From Lytechinus pictus (Eukaryota), in assembly GCF_037042905.1 (NCBI RefSeq), contig NC_087245.1:32676001-32740000 (forward strand): a stretch of 64,000 bases of DNA, in the 5' to 3' direction. The notes under the pieces are model-generated. The model had not been told where the DNA came from. It worked only from the letters and a program-made list of their open reading frames with translations, and made no database searches. Shown here piece by piece: positions 43,501 to 55,500 of this stretch (its first letter is position 1; the number at the start of each line of letters is the position of its first letter). The position numbers were made by a program, and so were the translations under genes.

Positions 43501-46500
43501 ACATCATGATATATTGCAATTTCAGACCTGACAGTCTATTGCCAATGATATATGTAATGTCCATGTTAGATTGGTATTATGGTAAAAACTTGATTTGAAC
43601 TACAGCAAGTCAGCAACTCCAGAAAAGATTTCAAAATAATAATAATAATACGACGTTGCTTGTATAGCGCATATCACTACCCATGGGCGTCTCTATGCAT
43701 AGACAAAGAAGAGAGAGGATTAAAGCTATTATGTAGACTGTCTCAATCATAAAACCGCATAAACAAATAAATTTCTATGGCTGGAGACCATCCTCACTTT
43801 GACATACATGTAGTAAAACTAAACCACATCTGAACTGATCTTCACTGTGAAATAGAATAGTTGATACCTACGTAACATGGACATCATGCAAGTTTTTTAG
43901 CCCAACCTGATAAGATTACCCATAAAAGTAACTTGAAACTTAACAAGATATGAAACAAAAATTCTGATAAATTGGAGAATAAAACACTCAACTCACACTA
44001 AATTTGTTGAATAGCTGAAACTATTTTAAAGATAGATTTTCCAAGCAATGATGGAATGCAAGAAATCAATTTGTTATGAGTCAGGAATGCAGCTCTAATA
44101 GGTGAGTTCAATTTATGAGAGAAATAAAAAAATTCTGAGAAGCAAATATGTGAAAGTTTACACAAAGCAAAACAAAAATTAGGAATTTCCAAACTTGTAT
44201 GCCATTGCAATGTAGCTATACCTATTGGAATTTCAAATGTAGAGTAGGGCAGTAGCCCCGTAATTTCAGCAAAAGACAACTTACATTTCCCTTGTTGCCT
44301 CCACCTCCTCCGCCGCCACTTCCTCCACTACTCCCTCCACGCTTGCCACTGCCACCACTGAGCCTTGCAGAGACCGTCTCCTTGAGGGTCTTCATCGCGG
44401 CGTCTGTGATTCCGGAAGCTGATCGAGCACCTATGCAAGCAAAAAAAATCAACGTTTATAATCAAAATTAACATACTTTCAATAATTCTTATTAAGCCTA
44501 CTTGAGAAAATATTACATTCAACATTACTATATTTTAACAAACTTATTTCTACAATTTTACAGAAAAATACATTGATTATCATCCTCATAAAGAAAATCC
44601 TTTGAATAACAAGTGGAATGCCTCTGGCCGTCTCACCTGCATCACGCGATTCAATATAGCAGCAGTGCTGATTTTGAAAACTACTATAACTCGCACAAGA
44701 TGTTCAGTGATACTTGGTTACTCTTATTTCCACGTTTTATGAACTAGACCAATACACTTATAGAGATATGATGGCAATTCAACAAATACCCCCAACGTGG
44801 CCAAAGTTCTTTGACCTTACATGACCTTTGACCTTGATCATGTGACCTGAAACTCGCACAGGATGTTCAGTGATACTTGATTACTATTATGTCCAAGTTT
44901 TATGAACTAGACCAACACACTTTCAAATTTATGGCTGTAATTCAACAAATACCCCAATTTGGCCAAAGTTCATTGACCCTAAATGACCTTTGACCTTGAT
45001 CATGTGACCTGAAACTTGCACAGGATGTTCAGTAATACTTGATTACTATTATGTCCAAGTTTCATGAATCAGATCCATAAACTTTCAAAGTTATGATGGT
45101 AATTCAACAGATACCCCCAATTCGGCCAAAGTTCATTGACCCTAAATGACCTTTGACCTTGGTCATGTGATGTGAAACTCATGCAGGATGTTCAGTGATA
45201 CTTGATTAACCTTATGTATAAGTTTCATGAACTAGGTCCATATATTTTCTAAGTTATGATGACATTTCAAAAACTTAACCTTAGGTTAAGATTTTGATGT
45301 TGATTCCCCCAACATGGTCTAAGTTCATTGACCCTAAATGACCTTTGACCTTGGTCATGTGACATGAAACTCAGGCAGGATGTTCAGTAATACTTGATTA
45401 ACCTTATGGCCAAGTTTCATGAACTAGGTCCATATACTTTCTAAGTTATGCTGTCATTTCAAAAACTTAACCTCAGGTTAAGATTTGGTGTTGACGCCGC
45501 CGCCGCCGTCGCCGTCGGAAAAGCGGCGCCTATAGTCTCACTCTGCTATGCAGGTGAGACAAAAAGTATTTTTTAAAGACCAGAATGTACTACATACATT
45601 TATGCTAATGCATCTTTTTTAAAATTACATTTCCATTATAGGATACTTTTTTTAAATAAACCTAGAATGTTTTTGTCACTGGGGATGTTCTATAGTAGGA
45701 CAAGAAAGAGACTGTTTCTCCAACATCTCGGAGAATTGGGAAAAACTTTAATTTGAAGTCAAAACTTGAAATTCCATCATTACCATTGTAATCTGAAGGA
45801 TTGTTCTTGTTGGCTCCAAAGACCTTTATTGTGGGGAATCCCCTGACGTTGTATGGGCCGCCGACTGAACCATGAACATCCATGTCAACTGCTCCGACAT
45901 TAACAATGCCCTGCATGGACAAAAATAACATGAATCAATCACAAATTCATGAATATTCATTAAAGGTCAAGTCCACCTCATAAAAGTGTTGATTTTAATC
46001 AATAGAGAAAAATCAGACATGCATAATGCTGAAAATTTCATCAAAATCGGATGCAAAATAAGAAAGTTAAGACATTTTAAATTTCGCTTATTTTTCACAA
46101 AATAGTTATATGCACAATTTAGTCACGTGCGAACGAGAGAATCAATGATGTCCCTCACTCACTATTTCTTTTGTTTTTTATTGTTCGAATTAAGCATTAT
46201 TTCACTTTATGCAGATTTGACAATAAGGACCAACTTGACTGAACCATAAAATGTTAAGCAATGGTAATTCAACATGTTCAGGGAGAAATAAAACTTTGTT
46301 TCACAGGACAATGAGGAGAAAATTAGAATATTTCATATTTCATATAATAAAATACAAAAGAAATAGTGAGTGAGTGATGTCATCAGTTCCCTTATTTGCA
46401 TACTGACCGGGATGTGCATATAACTGTTTTGTGAAAAGTGTCATAACTTTCTTATTTTATATCCGATTTTGATGAAATTTTCAGTGTTATGCTTGTTGGA

Positions 46501-49500
46501 TTTTTCTCTTATTCAAATGAACTTTTTGTTGGGGTGGACTTGTCCTTTAAAAAATAATAATAATTACATTTGTATACTGATTAACACTGCAAGAGGTATT
46601 CTGATAAAGAAAACTATTTTGAACCCCAGACTACTTGGTTTTAAACCACAGTTCTTTGGAATGCTAGGTTTTCATCTCAATTTTCCATATCATTACGGTA
46701 ATGTATCAAAAAATTCAATAGAATTCATATACCCATTTCACACTATTCCTCCCATGCCATGCCAATTAAACAAGGTTCATTCTTTGGGGAAAAACCGCAT
46801 TCACATTTTCTGGAATTCATGCTGAGACAATAGCCATTAATGAGGCAAATCAGCACCATAATACATGTATATTCTTTCAAGTTGTGCCGTTTCATTGTCG
46901 TTTTTTCCCTTGGATTTTCATGATGAATAAGACTTTCGTGCATTGGTCGGTAGCCCGGCAATACCCGCTGGAAATGACAGAGATGATAGTAGGCTGGCAT
47001 CGTCTGTATTTCAGTAGGATTTGATTAAGACAGGGTGCTATATAAGCACTTGCCCGATTGCCCAGGGCAAGTAAAAGTTAGAGTCGGGCAAGTGTTTTGA
47101 AGTAAAGACCAAAACTACTTGGGCAAGCAAAATTCTCACAGTAGAATGACCAAAATTAGGGTCGATATAATGTGATATTGACCCTAATTTTGGTCATGGC
47201 AATAACAAGGTAGATCAGTTCATGTCAAAAGAGAGAAAAAGGTCAATGGTTTTTAAAACCGCAATACTTTCTTTTGAAGAGGTAAAACTGTTTTTCAATG
47301 ATTTTTTTCGGGCGATTGAAATAGATTTTTGGGCAAGTATATTTGAGCTATTTAAAAATTTACTTGCCCGACTGGGCCAGTGCTTCTAAAAAGTTATGTA
47401 GCATCCTGAATTTAAGATCCAATCATGTTTCAATCACACTCAGGGTTGCTATTGGAATTTGAACTACATTCTTAAGTTGCTAAAAATAATTTGTTTAAAC
47501 GCAATACCTCTGTACGAAGAGTGATTTCCCGTTTTACAAAATGGCCATATCCATCACTGAAAGCCTGTAATTCTGTTTCATTTATGATCTAAAATTGAAA
47601 TGCCATTTTGGTATGCAAAATGTACAAAGCCACAAACATGTATCCCATTTTGTAGAGGTGAATTTGATGAATTTTCACATTACAAAAAAGTTTAAAACCG
47701 ATTTTCCGTTTTGATTTACCCGCAACGGAAAATCACTGTCAATTCATTTTTCTCAGTATAAAAACAATATAAATAGTACAAACATGTAATAAATCAGACA
47801 TAGACATGAATAATATATAAATATCCAAGTCATTGGAAGCGCAAAGAGACATTATTCATAATTGTGATATGCGCTATACACGAACTGTATATTATTATTA
47901 TTATTATTAAATAAAGTATTATTCTGAAAGGGTAGCAGCCAAAAAGAAGTTAACCTTATGTACGGCCGACTGCTGCAAGACCTACACATAATTGCGGTCT
48001 CCATCAATAATTACCTTCAAAGCAGTAGCGGCTTTCTTCCACTCTGGTGCTAGGCTTTTACAATGGCCACACCTATTTGATAAAAGGGAAATAAGTACAA
48101 TTATAGAATTATATCCACAAATTATGTAATTTAAAATAATTCCATTGCATTGATGAATGCAATCATACCTAAATAGGATGCAGATTATAAATGATACAAT
48201 GATCTGTCTAGTGAGGAAATTTGTGACAATATAGAGACAATTGTCACATTTATCATTCATTAAAAAGTAGTGTTATAAAGCACCATTTGCATAAATGCCA
48301 TCCACTATTCAGCCATATAATCTGATTAAGTTTTCATCATTTAATTGATATTTTTCTTTATTCAGATGCTATGAATGAAGTAATCATGACTCAAATATAT
48401 TCATTTGAAACAAACACCAAAGGTGTTACTATTCAATACACATCACAAAACCAACACAACCACACAATTACATAGTAGCACAAATTTTCATGTATCAAAT
48501 GGCAATGGGATTTCATTAGAACTGCTAACCATTTCTCTTGCTAGGTCAGAAAAGCTATAACTTGAGTGACCAACAGTGTGTTCAATTCAAATTCTGTTTA
48601 TTTAAATACAATTATTGGTGACGGCATAGAGTATTGATTTTTAAGTTTATAATTTCAACATTTAAACATTTGAATAATAATTTGTGGTTGGTTCACCTAC
48701 CATGGTGCATAAAACTCAACAAGCCAAACAGCATCACCGTTGATGACTTTCGTATTGAAATTTCCAGCTGTGAGTTCCACCACATCGTCACTAGCATCGT
48801 AGAGGGCAGATGCAGCCCCGACAGCCACAAGAAAAACTGCATATTGAATGAAAAAAAAGGAATAGTTCTACTTGTGATTAAACAGAAACAATCTGGCAGT
48901 TTTTCTATTGAGATCACACGGAAGCTTCAATAATTTGCTTTGATTTCTTTTTGTTCTCTGATATGAAGGAGTATCAGAGACCGAAGCTTTTGGTTGAATC
49001 CCTGTCTAGACCAAAAGCTTCGGTCCTGTTATGTTGGTTGTTCCGCTGAACTTCGTTGGCTTCGCTCACCAAATACAGAGACCGAAGTTCTAATGCGATC
49101 TGTACAGGGACTCAATAGCTATAATGTTTATGTATTAAGTTCGGACAAACCAAGGCCCAACTTCAGCCCCAAGGGAGTTGCGCGACAGCCAAAGTAATCG
49201 CTGTTTTTGTCCTTTTAGTTTATTTTTTCCGTTTTGGTGCATTTCAGGCCAAAACGGAATAATATTCTTCACTTTGGTACAATCATTTTTTATATATTTT
49301 TATGAAATAAAGACAAAAATCAATGAGTCCCATCGGGGGGAATTTGCATTTGTTCATTGAATGAGTGCCACTCACCAGTAGCCTGGAGGCGTCTGGGGAG
49401 TGAAAGTAATATACTGTACGTATGGTCACTCCCCTAACGCCTGGCATTGTGATGTATAGAGTCCTACGTACCGAGGGAAAAGGCAACTATAAAAATGCGC

Positions 49501-52500
49501 CAAACTGCTAGTTATGTTTAGAATCTGAGGTCACGACTGCTGTACATGGGTAACAATATTGGTTGGCAACGTTTGGCAAAAAATGTGTAGTAATGGTTAC
49601 AAAATGACGAATAAATTATATGAAGTAATAAAAGTAGAAGAGAGTTTACTTACACTTGTTGACATCGCCATCTTTGATCCTTTGTAATTGCAACCTAGTT
49701 ACGTGACGCGTATAGAGGGCGGCAAAATCATGAGCGGTGCTAGATTAAAAAGTGCTAAAATGTCCCGCTTCAACCACTGAACTAGAAATACATAGAGAAA
49801 ACATATTGCATCTTGCCTTCTACGGCGCGTTCTCGAACAATTGACCTAGCAAAATGGCGGCGGTCACGTGGCTTATCGCGTTCGCCGGCGATGTTTTGCT
49901 TGGGTGTACACGACTTCCACGTATTTAGCACTTTTTAATCTAGCACCGCTCATGATTTTGCCGCCCTCTATACGCGTCACGTGACTAGGTTGCAATTACA
50001 AAGGATCAAAGATGGCGATGTCAACAAGTGTAAGTAAACTCTCTTCTACTTTTATTACTTCATATAATTTATTCGTCATTTTGTAACCATTACTACGCAT
50101 TTTTTGCCAAACGTTGCCAACCAATATTGTTACCCATGTACAGCAGTCGTGACCTCAGATTCTAAACATAACTAGCAGTTTGGCGCATTTTTATAGTTGC
50201 CTTTTCCCTCGGTACGTAGGACTCTATACATCACAATGCCAGGCGTTAGGGGAGTGACCATACGTACAGTATATTACTTTCACTCACCAGTACTCAGGAG
50301 TACAGTACCGGTATTTATGGTTTATGGTCGGACACTAGTATTGCCTTATTCATTTATTGGGGTAGAGGTTTAGAGATGTCCAGGTACAAAATGACGTCAT
50401 TTTTAAAATTACATAAGGGATTAACGTTAGGCAGCAAAATCAACTCAGTTTGATACGTGTCGTGTGTGAGACAAATCAGAATCAGATCAGCCAGGATTTT
50501 TTTTTTTTATCTCCTAAACTATAAGGCTATAGTATGGCAGTGTATCCTATTGCCGTACACCTTTATTTCAGTGCTTTAAAAATGACAACTAGAGGAAATA
50601 CAATCAAGAAAAATTTACACTTGCTATTCCAAATATTATGAAAATTATGAATATGGTAAAATTATTTTATATTTACCAACCATTTTCTTTGCATCGCACT
50701 TGCCGCATACCCCTCCACGAAAAACAATTATTTTCGCGCGCGACAAATTACATCATGATTCCGGACGCGCGTCGGACGGGTAAAGATATCCTTGATTATA
50801 ATGATGTAAGAACAAATTTGTGTGATTTTTTTTCTTCTTATATCATATCATGAGTAAATTCTAAGTATTATTTGCTTTTTTATATCGAATCTGAGTAGAT
50901 GTTGGTAATAAATTCGTGTTTGATAACTTATTTTATTTTGTCTTGTTAGCTGCATGTTCCATGGCACTTTCCAATAATAATATGCTCGCGTTCGTATCGT
51001 GACGCTCATCAAGTTCTATCGATGCGCTGCCGATCGACGGCTCTACTCACGGTAACCTCGCGCACGGGTACCTTGAGAACTAGCCGTCGACGATCACCCA
51101 CAATACACCACACCTCATCATTCGATCGAAGGAGTGGACGAGATTGAAATTCGGCAAATCAGGCCCATATTTCCGTTAGAAAATATATCAATTGTTAATA
51201 CAAAATCTATGTTATATGATATTTAAAGCATTTTCTATCATTTTTAGAGATAATTAGGTAAAAGTTGGATTTTTCGCCTTGTTTTTGCAATCTTGTTCTA
51301 TGTATTGCTCTGTGAAATTGAATTGCGGAAGTCTTACGGTACGAATTTGTTTTAGAACGCAGTAATATGCGCGTCCGGAATCATAATAGTGTCCGGTAAT
51401 ACAATACGTGACTATATAGGCCCTATTCCTATTCCTAATCCTATATTTTAAATAAGCTTGTAACCGATTTTGCAATCGGCAACCGATTCCATTCGATTTC
51501 ACCACAATCGGCAATCACTTGCCGATCTTCGATCATGCCCCTTGAAGGAAAAAATCGAAAAAAAAAATCGGCGTAGATCTGGTTACAGTGCGTGATCGCT
51601 CAGAACATATTTCAAGATTGTTTTTGAGGTGCTAGCTATTTAGAGGTCGCATTATTCAGGGAGAAAGTTGCGGTATTATCTATGGCAATGTTTAAGGGGA
51701 TAGATATCTTCTCTTCCAACTCATGGTGATAGCGGATGCCGCCGTGAACTTTGAAAGGTCGTATTACCGACGGAGCTCACTGCGTTACTCTCTTACATCG
51801 TTTATGATTATATACATTTTATTTTCAACCTCGTGGTGATAGCGGATGCCGCCGTGAACTTTGAAAGGTCGTATTACCGACGGAGCTCACTGCGCTACTC
51901 TCTTACCCCCTTTATAATGATATAAATCTTCTCTTCAACCTCGTGGTGATAGCGGACCCCGCCATTAACTTTTAAAGACTGTACTATTGACGGAGCTTAT
52001 TGCGTTGCTCTCTTACATCGTTTATGATGATATTCATTTTATTTTCAACCTCGTGGTGATAGCGGAAGCCGCCGTGAACTTTGAAAGGTCGTATTACCGA
52101 CGGAGCTCACTGCGCTACTCTCTTACCCCCTTTATAATGATATAAATCTTTTCTTCAACCTCGTGGTGATAGCGGACCCCGCCATTAACTTTTAAAGACT
52201 GTACTATTGACGGAGCTTATTGCGTTGCTCTCTTACATCGTTTTAGTCAGGGGCCTTAGGCCCATAATTTGAAGTTTTGGGGACAGAGTTTACAAAAGCA
52301 CCAAACTTTCCCTATGTCACTATTAGGTCAATAGCTTCATTTTTTCCCACAGAACATGGTGTTGAAAATTGCATCTTCATGCAAAAATATGCTAATTTAT
52401 GTAAATTAGCAGTAATTTATGCATGAAGCTATATGCCAATAGGAATTAACTAATAAAAGTAAATAAAGAGATACCAAACTTTAGGAAAGTCTCTTACAGG

Positions 52501-55500
52501 TCATTAGCTTTAAATTTCCTTATCAAACATGATTGAAAATTGTGTCTTCATGCAAAAATATGTTAATTTATGTAAATTAACAGTTAATTTATGCATGAAT
52601 AGTAAAAATAGTAAAAAGTAATAAAAAGATACCAAACTTAAAGAAAATCTCTATCAGATCGATAGCTTTAATTTTCGCTATCAAACGTGCTTTTGAAAAT
52701 CCCGTCTTCATGCAAAATATGCTAATATTTATGTAAAATAGCAATTATTTTATATTAATAAATTAGTCCCATTCCAATGGGTATTAACAGTGGAAAAGGG
52801 GCCAAACTTTTGAAGTACCTCTATCAGCTCAAAAGCTTCAATTTTACCAGCAAAACAAGCTATTGAAAATCCTGTTTCCATGCAAGAGTGTGTTATATTA
52901 TGTAAATTAACAATAATTTATGTATGAAGCTGTATTCCAATGACTAAGCAAATATTACATAAAGCATAACGCCGTATGCCAACCCGAACAGTGGCAACAA
53001 TCGAGCCAAAGGTGGCCAGAATCGAGCCGAATTTAGCCAGAATCCTCCGATTATCGCCAAATGACGACCCGAATCGGAACGATTATGCCCGAATTCGTCA
53101 AGTACGCCACCGAATTTCCCGAAAATACGCGATTCTTTCGAAATGGGCTATAATTTACCGATTCGGCAGCTATTCGGTTCCGGTGTAACCCATGTTTTAA
53201 CTAGGCAATCCGTTTCTAGATGACAAACCAGAATAGGATGCAACTTTGGTAAACATTCAGATGATAACCAAAGTACAGTCGCAAGAATACATCACGTCAG
53301 TCCTGGTTTAAGCTAGGTTTACACCAAAACCAAATTCTCCCGAATAAATTCGGACTGATTCTGCCCGATTATGGCCTGATTCAGATGGATTAGTAGGGGA
53401 GTTCCCCCAAATAGAGAAGAATTGGTCCGGAATATGTCCCGATTCAGCGCAGAATCGCAAAGAATTGACCAAATCAATTTGGCCATCCCAAAAAAGCAGA
53501 ATCCAGCCGAATGTGACGCGATATCTCTCATTACAGCCGAACGATGGCCTGAATGTGGACCCAAATCAGAACGAATGCGCCGAGCTCGGACGGGTCGGGA
53601 CAGTTATGCCCAGAATGATACAAATAGTAGGTCCGAATCTGCCCAGAAAACTCCAAATGCCTCCCCTAATCCAACCAAATGTCACCCGAATACATCCCAA
53701 ATGTGGCCCGAATGAAATTTGTTGTGGTCACATTCGGGAATATTCTGGAGGGTATTCGGCTGGTTTTGAACATTTCAAAATGAGCTGAATTTCTCAGCGA
53801 ATGTTCCCGAATTTTCTCGCATTTACGAAGGCAAAACATAATATTCCTGAATCCACCCAAATACGTGCATATGGATGGATTCGCAGCTGATTCGGTTCCG
53901 TTCTAACCCTAGCCAAAATGGCCTGGATTCGGTACTTATTCGTCTCCGATTCGGGGAGCTCCCGGAATCAATTTGGAAGGATCCGGGACTATTCTGTTCT
54001 CCCTCCCCATATACGAGAACATTCGTGGAGGGATTCTGCTTGTCTTGAAATGTTTAAAACCAGCCGAATATCCTCCAAAATACTCCCGAATGTGGCCACG
54101 ACAAATTTTATTCGAGCCACATTCGGGATGTATTCGGATGGAATTCGGATGAATCTGGAGGCATTTGGACAATTATTTTGGGAAGTCAATAGCTCTGATT
54201 CGGGACCTATTCCAGACCGATTCGACTCTGATTCGGTCTGAAATTGATTGGGAGAATTTGGTTTTGGTGTTACCCTAAATTTAGAGATATAGATCAATTC
54301 ATAAGCCAATAAAGAAAAATCACTGAAACTATTCAGGTCACCGTCAACCAAGGGACGACAGAAAAAGAAGAAGGATCAGGTCTCTTTGCTCAAATCTGAT
54401 GTCTCACTGTTCTAAAAAATGTACATAGTTGTCAAAGGTGCAGACATGAACAGCTTTTTCTGACATGAGAACCATCCATTTACCCTCCTCTTTCTGACTA
54501 GGGAAAACTCTACTTGGGAAAGAAATCTGACCTCTTGAATTGCTTTGAATAAAAAATGAAATACTGGTTTATCTTTTCCATATGATTTGGGGTTTTTTAA
54601 TTGTGAAAGGGGTATGCACAGGATTTATAATTTGCATGAATTTGCATTTTAAACATGATACCCTCCTCTGGTCGCATGGAAAGTCACCATAATGAATGAA
54701 TTGTGTAACAGTGTCTCATATGCATAGTGTTGTGCTCGTCCCTCGGTTTAAAACCTCGAAATATGATAGTTGATGTGTTTTACACATATTTGCTGAAATT
54801 TTGCATAAATTTGCATTAATTAACATTGAAAATTGATTCTTACTCGGGAACTGTACAGAAATCAATTTGATGCCCCATCAAAATAAATCCCAAATACCCC
54901 CCCCCCCCCAAAAAAAAAAAAGAAATAGGCTTCTAGAAAAGTTTAGGTCTGTACTATACATAATACAGTAATTTACGGTGAATAGTGTGATTTTGCATAA
55001 TTTTGCATAAATTAGCACTATGAAATAGGATTCCAGTCATTAATACCGAGGCATCCTATCAAGAATTAATGCTTTTGGTACCAGTGACACATGTGGAAAA
55101 ATAATTGTGATTTTGACAATTCTATATGTCGAGATATGATAAAATATGTGTTTTTACATATAATTTGCATAAAATTTGCATAAATTAACCTTAAGAATTT
55201 ATCCATACTCACCAATTTTATAAAAATCGACCTGCAGTTTAATATTTAGCAAAAGAAGACCCAAATACACAAAAATTGGGCATTTGAACATTATTTTTAG
55301 TGAGATATGGTGAATTATGAGTTTTTTGCATAAAATTTGCATAAATTAGCATTTTAAAATAGGGTGCCCTTCACCGATTTCGGGGCACCCTATCTAGAAT
55401 TAATGCTTTTGATACCAGGGACCCACATGCAAAAAATTGCGCTTTTGTAAATTCTGTCCCCAAAATTTTGCTAAGGCCCCTGACTATTTATGATGATATT

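Noticed and set aside
49654..49671. MAMSTS as the constitutive PDIA6 first exon
   Set aside because: Phase 0 at the consensus donor does not match the phase-1 exon 2; the 57595-57580 exon fits the phase, signal peptide and ERSE.
52976..54351. Cluster of overlapping ORFs as a transposase
   Set aside because: Short, present on both strands, produced by the palindromic CCGAAT-rich MITE; no DDE motifs.
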